Source: Eledone cirrhosa (Eukaryota). From it: DNA of 64,000 nt. The translations under genes and the position numbers were made by a program. Where the stretch lies: positions 9,052,001-9,116,000 of the forward strand of contig OZ024747.1 in NCBI GenBank assembly GCA_964016885.1. Reading direction: 5' to 3'. Below, one piece after another: positions 39,931 through 52,443 of this stretch; position 1 is the first letter of the stretch, and every line of letters starts with the position of its first letter. The notes beneath the pieces are model-generated. The model was not told where the DNA came from and did not search any database. It saw nothing but the letters and a program-made list of their open reading frames with translations.

Positions 39931-41201
39931 ATATATATGAGCAATAAAGCATTAATAAGAGAAACATGAGAAGAGTGATCAGATGTAACAACGAAGACAT
40001 ACACCACATCAATGAAGTATGGAGTCATGTGAGTGACTGGATAGTTATGACTGTCCTTGCCTACAGTACATCTCCTTCCCTGTGCTCTTATGAACAAAGA
40101 AACTACAGAAGTGGTGGTATTTCACTATCACAAACATACATCTTATGTTGACTCTCATGAGGAATGGTGTGATGTCTGTTCATGTTTCCAAGATTTTCTC
40201 AACCTGACTCACACTTGAAAAGAAAAAAAGAAAAATTGAAAAGATTAAAAATGACTACAATAGATCATTACCATATTTGGCATTAAGGCATTACCATATT
40301 TGGAAGTATAAAGTACTGATCAACAGAGTGGATTGGCAGAATTGTTAGGTGTGGTCATGATGTCTTGGGTGGTAGACTTCATTCATCACCAATTTTAATG
40401 TCACCACTTAGCTTTTGAGTGCCTTTAACCCTTTAGTTAACAACCCCAGCCAAAACCAGTTTTGGTTCTATGAAATAAATCCACCCATTTTAAAGGTTTT
40501 AAATGTAAATTAAAATCTTCCAACATAATTTTATATAAGAACCCTACATTAAGTTATTATCTTAGTAATGAAATAATTAATAATTTTAGTAAATCCCTCA
40601 AAATTCTTCATGATTTAATCAAAATAGAGTGTATTTCATTGCTTTTATTGTTGTAGTTGTTATTGTTGTTAGTGTTATATTTTGTTGGTGTATTGCTCCG
40701 GCTGTTTGCTAAGTTCAAAGGGACATTTTTGTTGCTGCTATTCTTCTTCTTTGCCCACTTATTCCTGAGAGGGTTGTGGGGGTCAGAGTCCTCAAACACT
40801 CCTGCCAGTGGGTCCTGTCAGAAGCAACTATTTCCATCTGATCCAGCTGGATCCCCAAGTGAGACCAGCCGAGCTCAATTACATTTTTTGAGGTTGGTAT
40901 TCAGAATTATACTTATCAGTGATAAATGCTATTTTTGGTATTCAGAATTATAATTATCAGTGATAAATGCTATTTAGCTGTTCTCTTCACTGATGGAGCA
41001 ATTTTAACTATTCTTACTCGTGGATGCAGTGGTGGGATATTTTTGTTGTTTGCCCCCCCAACACATGTGAAGCAAACAAGTGCAGTAATGATAATAATAA
41101 TTGTTTCTACTTTAGGCACAAGGTCAGCAATTACCCCTTGTACTTTATTTTATCGACCCCGTAAGGATGAAAGGCAAATGTTAATAATAATAGTAACAAC
41201 A

Positions 41202-41490
41202 ATCGGGTAACTATGGAGAATAAGCCATGTAGATGTGGTACCGATTGTGGTTGGTGCACTGGGAGGAGTTAATAGAAGGTTTAGGAAGCTAGGAACTACC
41301 ATCAAGACAGGATTGTTGCAGAAGACAGCCTTGCTGGGAAAAACAAGGATTCTAAGGAGGGTGTTGGGAAGTTGAGGGAGAAGGAATGACCCAAAGGACC
41401 TTTAGCCATTGACTATGGCTCGCTCTTTTGGGATAGTGTTGGTATGACATCTGCCAGAGCAAAAGTGTTACGAGTAATGATAACAACAAC
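41202..41490 (+). mobile_element. R4/Dong-clade RLE retrotransposon 3' end
   Basis: VVPIVVGALGG...LLQKTALLGKTRILRRVL*; flanked by TAA/CAA repeats. Confidence 0.8.
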
Positions 41491-41964
41491 AACAATTAAG
41501 AGCCTAATTAGGCTGAGTTTGATTTGAACTGTTATTTGTTTATGTTTTTATTTTTTAAAGAAATTATTATATTTTATCATATTACATATAATTTTTCATT
41601 GTTGGTATTTCTCAGCTTTTTGTTCATGTTATTTATCTGATAATCTCTGTCAAAATGTTTGTAACATTCTTGATATTCAAAGATCCTTAATAATAATAAT
41701 GATATTTAAAACAAAAACAAAAAAAAACAACTAAAAAAAACATCTAAAAATTGATTGTGGAAAGGCTTAATTATTTCAAAGCCAGTTTTCTAGACTGATA
41801 TTAAACTGTTACATGAAGTCTAGAGGTTTCTGTTATTTTAACTTTTTATTTTTTTCTGTTATTTTTCAGAATATAAAAAACTGTAACTTCACACCGTTAA
41901 ATAAATGAATAAATAATGAAAAAAAAAAAAAAAATTGGTGGTTGTTCAATAAAAGAATCAACAT

Positions 41965-42202
41965 TTAACCCTTTTGGAACCAACCCAACCAAAACTGGCT
42001 CTGGTTCTATGAAACCAAATCAACCATTTTAAAACTGTTCCTATTTCAATTGAAATCTTTCTTCATAAATTTATATAAGAATCATTGGTTACAAATATTA
42101 TCCTAATAGTGAATTAATAATGTTTGTAATTCCCTCAAAATTTTTCATTAATTGATTGAAATACAGCATATGTCATTAGAAATATGGTAACGAAAGGGTT
42201 AA
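41965..42202. mobile_element. piggyBac-type MITE; other copies at ~2157-2357, 8585-9124, 16205-16681, 22666-22931, 28568-28815, 35150-35380 and 61963-62348
   Basis: TTAA-CCCTTT...AAAGGG-TTAA termini and a shared internal ATTAGAAATATGGTAA motif. Confidence 0.8.
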
Positions 42203-42522
42203 TATATATCTATATCGTCGTTTTTATATCCACTTGGAATGGGTTGAACAGGACTAGTTGAGGCAATGTTTTATGGTCATGTTCTCCCTTGATGCGAACC
42301 TTTTAATTCACGTCTTACAACACACAGGGATATGATGTGCCTATTCTAAAAACTGGAAAACATATGGTTTGACTGCCATGTACCCATAACATAATCTCAG
42401 GGAGATTCAGCTTGACACAGTGTGTGACAAGGCTGACCTTTTGAATTACAGGTACAGTCCATCCAACGGGCTTTCATACAGTTTCTGACTACACAATTTC
42501 ATTCACAAGATATGGATCAACC

Positions 42523-42554
<32 letters not shown>

Positions 42555-42589
42555 TTTACGTCCGCTCTTCCCTGCTCGCAAGGGTGGGA

Positions 42590-43770
42590 CACTTCAACTA
42601 TGGTGAGAAGATCCATCTGCTGCCAACACCCTTCCAACGGAGGGCTGGGGATGCCGTGGCTGACGATGCGCAAACACGCGCTCAGGCTGCGGCATCTCTA
42701 CGTATTCCTCACCGGACAACCGGTGTGGGCCCCATTCGTGAGGTAAGCCTTCCCACGACTCGTCTCACTGACCGAACTGCAGTCCTGGGTCAAGCAAAGA
42801 CTGAGGAAAATGGGCGACTGGCACATCGAATGTGCTCAGGCGCTCACAGCCCTCTGGCAGGCGGACCCGGCGATCAGTGGAGACTCCACTTCGTCATTCT
42901 ATAGAGGGTTGATCCACAGCAAGTGCGACGACGCGCTCACTGAAACTCTAGGCATAGAGGAAGACGAACTGGCCAGTCTGTTCGGTAGGACCTTCCGCCC
43001 GGGACTGATGGACAACTTCCAAAAGTCCCTGGCCTGGCAGTGCTACTGAGGAGCTCTACCAGTTCGAGACAAGCTCTACATACAAAGGCGCCCGGGCAGG
43101 GACCCCTCAAAAAAGATCTGTCCGAGGTGCGTGCGAGACGAAGAAATCATTGCGCACGCATTCATACACTGCCCGGGCGTCACTGACCTGTGGGGCTATG
43201 TAGAATGACTATTGTCGCAGGTGGGACCAATCCGGTTGACCACCGAGTCCATTGTCATGATCAAACCGCCACCCTCCTTCAAAAACGAAGGAGAGGCGGT
43301 TTTCCTTTGTGTGATAGCTATGGCGAAAGAGGTGGTATGGTGGACAAGGTTGAAAGGGCTGAGTTCAGACACCTTTCTCTCCGGCCAACAACTGATTCTT
43401 TTTTTCAAATATCACTTTAGAAGAAGAATCAGGGTGGAGAGAGAGGTGCTGTACCCCAGCAAGTTTTATGAAAGGTGGGTGAAAGTGGCGAGAATGGCCC
43501 GAGTGAATGGGCCTTCTCTCTATATCAGCCTGTAGGTTGAGGAAAAAGAGGAGGAGAGGAAAGGGGTACAAACTCTTTGTACTCCTGGAGATGAGGGTTG
43601 CACATTTTTTCGGGGGTAGTGTTACCCATATGTAATGTCTCCCTTTTGGGGAAAATCGATTAACTTTTAAATTGTATTTGTGATAGTATTTTACACGTTT
43701 TTATTGTATGTAAACTTCCCCCTTTGTATTTGTCCCCTTCTTTTGTGCCCCTGTGGCTAATAAAGAAACA
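42590..43770 (+). mobile_element. Tx1/L1-clade LINE ORF2 C-terminus and 3' UTR
   Basis: LAWQCY*GALPVRDKL...CPRC-X7-HAFIHC CCHC knuckle...AKEVVWWTR; AATAAA at ~43759. Confidence 0.85.
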
Positions 43771-43830
43771 TATCTATCTCTCCCTCTCGCTCTCTGTATA
43801 TATATATATATATTCTGCCATTACCACAGC

Positions 43831-43921
43831 AGAGGTCCGATGAACTTTTGATTCCAGAGTCGGACTAGATTGATACAGATCGAACCTTGAGCTGATCAAT
43901 AGCGAAACGCGCATCACTACT
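43831..43921 (+). ncRNA. Degenerate hammerhead-like motif with long stem II
   Basis: GGT-CCGATGA-ACT...ATTGAT/ATCAAT hairpin...AGC-GAAACGCGCATC-ACT, followed by AATAAA; lies between TA repeats. Confidence 0.5.
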
Positions 43922-44122
43922 CAATAAACAAATCGTCCTTTTATTATTATTATTATTATATATATATATATACATGCACCCGCTTGCTTGCTCCCCCCCA
44001 TTGTGCTGGTTCCACAACAAAAAGCACTCAGTCAACCCTGTAAAGTGGTCATAATGGTGTCATAAGAAAAAGGCACCCAGGTCACCCTATAAAGTGGTCA
44101 TTCTCATGCCACAATGAAAAGG

Positions 44123-44422
44123 ATGATGGTGGTGGTGGTGGTGGTGGTGGTGGTGGTGGTAGTGGTGGTGATGATGGTGGTGGTGGTGGTAGTGGTGGTG
44201 ATGATGGTGGTGGTGGTGGTGGTGATGGTGGTGGTGGTGGTGATGGTGGTGGTGGTGGTGATGGTGGTGGTGATGGTGGTGGTGGTGGTGGTGGTGATGG
44301 TGGTGGTGGTGGTGGTGGTGATGGTGATGGTGGTGGTGGTGGTGATGGTGGTGGTGGTGGTGGTGGTGGTGGTGGTGATGGTGGTGATGGTGGTGGTGAT
44401 GGTGGTGGTGGTGGTGGTGGTG
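44123..44422. repeat. (GTG)n/(ATG) trinucleotide repeat, ~100 units
   Basis: Seen directly. Confidence 0.97.
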
Positions 44423-44534
44423 ATTTTGTGGTCTATATTATTGCACTAGTGATATATATTTTTGTCTGACAGCAGTGGCTTGGAAGTTAATGCTGTGTGG
44501 ATTTTTTTCTAAAAAAGGGAAAGTCAAACATCGT

Positions 44535-44625
44535 ACACTCACACACACACACAATCACATACATGCATACATATATACATGTAGATATGTACACACATAC
44601 ACACAATCACATACATGTAGATATG

Positions 44626-44670
<45 letters not shown>

Positions 44671-45490
44671 ACATACATGTAGATATGCTCACACATACAC
44701 ACATATGCATACACAAACCAACATACATATGCATGCACATACATACACACACCAACATACATATACAAACACATGCACATACACATTCATACATGTACAC
44801 ACACATTCATACACACACACATTCATACATACACACACATATACACACATTCATACACACACACACATTCATACATTCACACACACTCACACACACACAC
44901 ACACACACACATTCATACATACACACACATATACACACACACATACACATTCATACATTCACACACACACTCACACACACACACATTCATACACACACAC
45001 ATTCACACATATACAATCATTTCAATAAGTTAAAGATTCAGGTCACATGCTTTGTTTTTTCCATTCTTTTTGTGCAAAATGATGTGTTGAACAACATTGT
45101 GGCTTGCACGGTTCCATAACGGACGACTGCACAGCTTTATATATGTGTCTATGTCTATGTGTGTGTGTGTGTGTTTCGGTGTATGTCTGTGTGTGTGTGT
45201 GTGTGTGTGAATGTATGGGTATAGCTGTATTCTGTGTGTGTGTGTGAATGTATGGGTATAGGTGTATTTATGTGTGTGTGTGTGTGTGTGTGTATTTATG
45301 TGTGGGTGTGAATGTATGGATGTAGGTGTATTTGTGTGTGTGTGTATGTGTGTATGTGGGAATGTATGCGTGGATGCAGTGTGTGTTTATGTGCAGGTGT
45401 ATTTATGTGTGTTTTATTTTGGCTAAGAAATAGATGAGAAAGAGAGAGAGAGAGATTTTTGCTGAGAAATAGAGGAGAAAATGAGAGTAT

Positions 45491-45529
<39 letters not shown>

Positions 45530-45793
45530 GTGGGGGTGGAGTGGGGGTTAGATAAATAGATTTAAAACTAAAATCAATAAGTCTCTTCTTTTACAGTTTT
45601 ATATCCTTCCACAGAAAATAACCGTCAGCAGTTTTGCAATTGAAGAACATAGTCTAGAGAGAAAGAAAAAATATAATAAACAAACACCACCACTAAATAT
45701 ACAGAGCTGCTGCATTCCATTCTGTGAGTAGAAGAAGAAAAGAGAGCATATAGGCTTTTCTCTCAATATATATGTGTGTGGATGGATGCGCAC

Positions 45794-45848
<55 letters not shown>

Positions 45849-45894
45849 TATATATATAAGTGAGTGTGTGTGAAAGAGCGAGTTTGAGCGAAAG

Positions 45895-45945
<51 letters not shown>

Positions 45946-46006
45946 TATATACATGTGTGTGTGTATATGTGTATGTATATATATGTGTGTGTGTGCGTGT
46001 GTGTGT
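44535..46006. repeat. Compound microsatellite field: CA-rich, then TG-rich, GA and TA
   Basis: Seen directly; source of the HTHT/IYIY ORFs. Confidence 0.9.
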
Positions 46007-46008
46007 GA

Positions 46009-46267
46009 AGGCGCATGGCTTAGTGGTTAGAGCATTTGGCTTACAATCAAAAGGTTGTGAGTTCAATTCTCGGACCGGGTGATGTGTTGTTTCCTTGAGC
46101 AAGACACTTTATTTCACGTTGCTCCAGTTTACTTAGCTGTAGAAATGAGTACCGGCCTGCCCGCCCAGCCAGTGGGATGGCGTTATCTTATGGCTAAAAC
46201 AGCACGACGTGCTGTGACCAGCGGCGCCGATTGGCGCCCGACAGACTGGTCGGTCAAGGTGATCAAG

Positions 46268-46272
<5 letters not shown>
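46009..46272 (+). mobile_element. Second tRNA-derived SINE family with a GC-rich structured tail; related fragments at ~16940, ~21850 (-) and ~46395
   Basis: A box TGGCTTAGTGG, B box GAGTTCAATTC, CCTTGAGCAAGACACTT core, tail hairpins, terminal CAAGGTGAT repeat. Confidence 0.8.
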
Positions 46273-46305
<33 letters not shown>

Positions 46306-47644
46306 CATATAAATATATCATCAAAAGATTAAACATGCGTTGTTGATCATCAATACTGCTAGTCCAGCCCATTTGATTTATATATTTTCGAGGTCTCATG
46401 ACCTAGTGGTTAGGCCGTTGGTCTCACTATCATGAGACTGTGGGTTCGATTCCTGGACTGAGCGGGGAGTTGTGTTCTTGCACAAAATATTTTATTTTAT
46501 ATTGCTCCATGTAACAGGAGTTTCAATCAGTTGATAGTATCAGCAATAGAGACATCAACGGAAAAGTTGTATGCTGTGTACAAGAGTGGCTCATGAAGGC
46601 TGTACAAGCCATGTATAGAGGAACAGCCAGAAAAGTTAGACTTAAGAATGACCATTAGAACAAGTATCATGCTGGAGTCTAAAATCCTGATACACCATTA
46701 TAATGCCCTAGTAGCTGCTATCATCACTATCAGGGGGTCACCCTCCCATCACACTCACCATCCTATCAAATCCTATGCCACTTATCATATACCCAAGACA
46801 TAATACCTATCATCCCACCGCCACTCCATAGAGTAGAATGGGCTGTACATTTGAGTCAATGGTTGGCAACTACTCTAGTAGCCACAAAATCTGCAGCCAG
46901 TGTACCATATAAGATTGTTGGCAATAGGAACGGCATCTCGCTGTAGAAATGATGCGAAAAAGGGTTAAATGGACTCGTCAATTATGTTAACAGCATGACA
47001 ACCTCTTTAATGTTGGTGATCTACATGTTAAACACACCTAGTACATACTGTAATGTGGTTGGTGATAGGAAGGGCATCAGCTGTAGAAAGCTTACCAAAC
47101 ATAATGATGGAAGAATTCTTCAGCTTGTGACCAAAGACATGACAAGCTCCCTAATGTTGGTGTCATGATAAAATGCATGGGAACATATGTAAGCAAGATG
47201 TGGGCACTCAACCTGTCTGAACACTCGGTAGAGTGTGAGAATGTAAGCAAGTTGTAAGCCCATAGCTCATCTGAGAGGTCATTAGGTCAGCCTGAGCACT
47301 GACTAGTCTGCGATGACTCGTCCAACCCTTGGTAGCAGGGTAAATGATGATGATGATGTATGTGTTATGTATTATTTTTAATCAAATGGTTTCAACTTGA
47401 ACTAGGAATCAAAACAAAGTGTGTTGACACAGTTCACCATGGAGACAGGGATACAATTACTTTCTGTACCCCCTCCCTAGACTTACTATAATTTGAAGGT
47501 AAAAACCAGATTCCAAGAAAAGAAGATATGGTCCACGTCTGCAGCATGACATGCCATCATCATTCCATTACTTACATTTCCTCATTTACAAACATGTAAG
47601 ACTGAATCTTAAAATTGCCTGGATATCCAAACAGCATTGACTAG

Positions 47645-47800
47645 GAGACTGCTGAGGGCCAGAGGTGTGTTTTCACTGCTCAGCTAAGGTGACACTGATG
47701 ACAACTGAGTCAGAGGTGTGTTTTCATAGCTTAGCTAAAGGGATATTGTTTAACATACTGCTGAAAGCCAGAGGTATGTTTTCACTGTCCAGCTCAGCAG
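47645..47800. repeat. Three diverged ~50-60-bp tandem copies
   Basis: CAGAGGT(G/A)TGTTTTCA...AGCT occurs three times. Confidence 0.75.
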
Positions 47801-47899
47801 ATTTCATTTTTGTCTCAAGCCAGCGACAATGACTTCAGATTTTCATAACATTTTTTCAGATGTTTTTCTTTTTATTGTTTCTTTTTGTTGTCTCTTTTT

Positions 47900-48349
47900 A
47901 CCTAGGCTAACGGCTCACCGGGAAATGACCAAATGCCAGTATGGCCAATCCGTCTTTGATTGCAGCCAAAGCAACAACAAGTGAAGGAGAAGAGCCAGAA
48001 ACTTCTCCAGTTGAACTTATCGAACTATCTTCCAGGAACCCAATTTAATACATTAATGAAATTAGGCAGACATCGGATATTATTTCAAGTGGTAACGTAT
48101 GGCAGCCGACACCGGTCTATATTTGGATTCATAAAAACAAATCACCGATTAGATTTGACGGCTGATTATTATTTCCATCATCTGCTATAAAGGTGATTAA
48201 GCTCATCTGCATGGAAACTCGCCAGTTTGGTTTGTCTTCGGCTTTATTTACCAACACAACCACGTTGGGAGATGTGGGATTCATATAAATGTATATATAC
48301 ATACATATATAGAGAGGCCAGAAAAGACCATGTATTAATGTATTAAAAC

Positions 48350-48397
<48 letters not shown>

Positions 48398-48469
48398 ATG
48401 TGTCTTCATGGACAGAATCTCGCCACATTTCTATTTGTTCGTTGCACTGTCTTTCATCTCATGGTAAGT
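47900..48469 (+). promoter_or_regulatory. Candidate promoter or 5' UTR exon of the second ZNF gene
   Basis: CpG-enriched, CCAAT box at ~47945, donor ATG|GTAAGT at 48463/48464. Confidence 0.35.
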
Positions 48470-49867
48470 ATAGTAAGCTTTAATATATCTGTATAACTAT
48501 TTATATATTATATATCGCCGTTTAGATATGCACTTTTCATATATGTATATTATAAACAAACACACACACCAATACATATAAAATCCAAAATGAATTTAAA
48601 AGAAAATATTTATAAATATGTTGTCTAAATTTTGGAATAACAAGTATTTTACCACAAAAGACATTAAAAAATTCCATCTTCATAAAAGAAAATGTCTTTT
48701 TTTTAAAATGCAGTATTTAAAAAAAATCAAAGCAAGAATAATTGTTTCTGCCGACAGTTAGGAGTTTATACATCTAGACATCAAGTGATGGGTAATCCTT
48801 CGTCTGAAGATCAGACAACTTCCAGTAATATGTAAAGACGACATAACTCCAGTTGAGTGCCCCCCACCCCACCCGACCACACACATATATATATTTGACG
48901 ATGTAATTAGAGTTTAGTGAACCAACCCCACCACACTTTGTTTCCTCATAACTTTAATAATCTATATTTTGTAGAGATACATTTTTTCTACGGTCTAAGT
49001 TACATTTATGTATATAACATTAAACAAAATGTCATTTTCTCTTACGGAAATTACTGCCTGTGATCTTAAAACGAAGGATTACCCCAGCAATGTGATGTTT
49101 ATGTTTTAATAAATAATATATTTTCACATTAACCGTGAGTTCTTAAGAAAAGTATCATTAGTTGATTGACTTCAATTTAATGATTTCTTACATTGGCACC
49201 TTATATTTATGTCGTGTAGTTTATAGAACCGACCCTAAAATATCACTGGTACATATTCAAACCAATGAAGGAATCTTTATCAGTGATTCTGTACATTTTG
49301 GAGATTAAGAACCACTGCTCTACATGGTCACTTAAGTTGCTAGAAATAGCTACTAAGTCTAACTCAAATCACACTCAACCGTTTTTGTTTTCTTTCTTTT
49401 TTAAAGGGCGCACGTTTAATTTAGCCCAAGGTTCATTTTAAAAAATGGCTGGTCTTAACTGGGAGATCTTTGGTAGTAGTTGGGTTCCATCGGAGTTGAC
49501 ATGGGACGAAATATATAACTGGTACTTATCTGGCAGAGTTGATAAAGGGGAACATTTACTAAAAAAAGCCAGTTTAATATTGACTAAGTGCGGCGAAAGT
49601 ATATTTTAGAGGGGCCAGAATAGATGGGAAGGTGAGATGCTCATATATCAGTCATCTTCGGTCATTGCCACAATACTAATTTTTTTAAAAATCGGTGAAC
49701 CTTTAATTTCATACATATACACACATTTATTAATACGTACAACACACAGGCATAAAACATATATACGCACGGACACACTCATACACACATATATACATAT
49801 ATATATAAGAAAAACGATGAAGTTTCGTTTACATGTATTTATGTATGTATATTATATATGCGTATGC

Positions 49868-49923
<56 letters not shown>

Positions 49924-50657
49924 CATACATATACACACACAAGTGTGCTGTCTCCTTGCACTGGCAATTGACAGATTTTTTAATTTTATTTCAACACCCC
50001 TCAAAACATGTGAACGGAAATGTCTATATTTAACATGACTGATGTAAATAAGAGAAGCCAAACATTGTCAGTGAAGAGAATGTTGTGGCGCGTAATTTTG
50101 GTAATAGCTTGTGCCTTTGTACGTTGCTTCTTCTGTTAAAAAGTATGTTAGAATCGCGGGAATATTTTCTGTCACGAGATATTTTATTTATTGACTTATT
50201 TGTTAAGCATTAAAGGAAAAAAAAACAAAAAAAACTGCTGCACATATAAATAGATTATTTTTATTTTTACGTAAAATGCTGATTGAATTTATATTTTTTC
50301 TTCTCAATCTCCTGATTGTATTACTTTTTTAAAAATAAAAAAATTGAAATCACGTTATTTTATCAAATTATGCTGTGTATTTCTTTTTTGTCAAAAAGCA
50401 ACATTTTTGCTCCAGGAATGATGCTACAAGAAAATGAAACGGACCGTTTTTTTTTATCGGGTTAGTGTTTTAAAAGCAAAGCAGTTCGTCGCGTTAGCCG
50501 TGTTGTTTATATAAACAGATTGGTTCGTTTACGAAGCATTGAGGAAATTTGCAAGTGTTTGCTTGAGTTAAGCTGCCACAATGCAAATGAATTATAAATA
50601 ATAGTCCGGTAAAAAGTGGACAGAACTGCCGGCGGAAATCGAATCACGCATATGTCG

Positions 50658-50692
<35 letters not shown>

Positions 50693-51169
50693 AATATCAT
50701 TTATCCCTGCTAGCAAGGGTTGGACGGGTCATCACAGGCCTAATCACTTCTGAAACGGAGGCCTGCATCTCGCTCACATCCGACTCCACACTCTACTGAG
50801 TGTCCAGACCGGCCGGGATCCTGCATTTCACCCACATACATTTCTGTGCACTAACGAGTTTCTTTTATCGTGGCATCATCACTAGGGAAGTTATAATGTC
50901 TATGACACATCTGGAAAGTCCACCCAATCCTTTCTTTGACAGGTTTTCTACGGTTGGATGCCCTTCCTATCACCAACCACCATCCACCATCGGCAGAGTG
51001 TACTGGGTGCGATTCAAAAACACCCATTCACCCCACTCCTCATACCTGTGTCTTCCTCTATTTACACTGTCTCTATCACTGAACATTCAGTCTTGTATGA
51101 TGACCCTGTGTGTACACAGGTGAAACTCCAGAGTAACAAGACTCATCACTTAGCCATAATATAGCACCA

Positions 51170-51480
51170 GGAATTATCGGTAAACTATTACTTCCAACTT
51201 GTGACGTTTGGAGGGGCTGGGCTGCTGACAGCAAAGTACTTGTCATAGTTACCTGCTTGTTTTACCGAGGTGTCAGGTAATACTTGTGAGGGAGCTCAGT
51301 TGTTTCAGTATCTAAGCCTCGCCATTATCTGCAGTAATGCTGCAAGCATGTTAGCTTGCCTCAAAAAGTATTAGAGAGAGAGTCCGGTACCCCATGTGGT
51401 GTGTGACCAATTGATGAACTTAGTGTTGAATTGATGGGGGTTTTTTTGTTGCTTTGATTGTATATTTTTGAGTTGTATTT
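51170..51480 (+). mobile_element. Second, more decayed copy of the CRE-like 3' end
   Basis: CCGAGGTGTCAGGT...AATGCTGCAAGCATGTTAGCTTGCCTCAAAAAGTATTAG is homologous to 14390-14505. Confidence 0.65.
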
Positions 51481-52218
51481 ATAAAGTTCCCTGAATTCTA
51501 TTTTTGTGTGAAACATCTTGGTTATAATATCTTACTAATGAATTCTTGTTATAATAAATACAAACAAAATAAAGTATATAATATATATGACTAAGTAACT
51601 ATCATACAAGACTGAATGTTTAGTGACAGAGAGACAGTATAAATTGGGGAAGACATAGTCATGTGAAGTAGGATGGATGGGTGTTTTTGAATGGGAGGGT
51701 AGATTTTGGGGGAGATGTAATAGAGAGGCTATGAGGAAGGAGAAAAAGAATGATAGAGAGAGAGAGAGTGAACATGGGGTAATGTGCGAACAAAAGGATG
51801 GGAAACATGTTAATTCTGTGAATAGTTCCAGTTTATACCACCATTGTATTGTTATAGAATTATAGCACCCTAGTTTATCATGTACCACATGATACTACAA
51901 GATATTCTTGTAAAACAGAACTATGATTGGATCACATTAAAAATTAAAATCTTTACTTTTGTTTACTGCAAATGCTCATAACAATATGTCCACTACTAAA
52001 GACACTATAAACATTTGGATTAACAAACCCATTTTATATATTTCTGCTAAATCATTAAAGGATGTTAGAATAGAAAAAAAAAAATCATTTTTTGTTTTGT
52101 TTTATCCTCATATATGTCATGTTTAATTATTTGTAATCTGTCTTTTCAGTTATCTACACTTTGTTTTGTGTTCAAGTAATTCATGGAATTTAAGTGTCAG
52201 TGATTTGAGCTTTCCTAC

Positions 52219-52412
52219 ATGGACAAGATGCAATCTGTAAAATCAATCCAATCTATGTGGAAACAGTTTACATTTTGTGGTAAAACCTACCATCGGAACG
52301 ATCAGTGGAAGACAACCAACAACGGCAATGAAAGTGATAAACAGAAGAAAACACAACCTGTAGCACAGCTTGGCACCTTATTACAAGAGATGCCTCACCA
52401 CCACCAACCTCA

Positions 52413-52443
<31 letters not shown>

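Noticed and set aside
39411-40097. 228-aa minus-strand ORF
   Set aside because: Antisense to a decayed RTE reverse transcriptase
44114-45119. Poly-Val/Met and His-Thr ORFs
   Set aside because: Stop-free frames of (GTG)n and (CA)n repeats
46009-46080. tRNA gene
   Set aside because: A and B boxes are present, but it runs straight into a SINE core and has no proper acceptor stem
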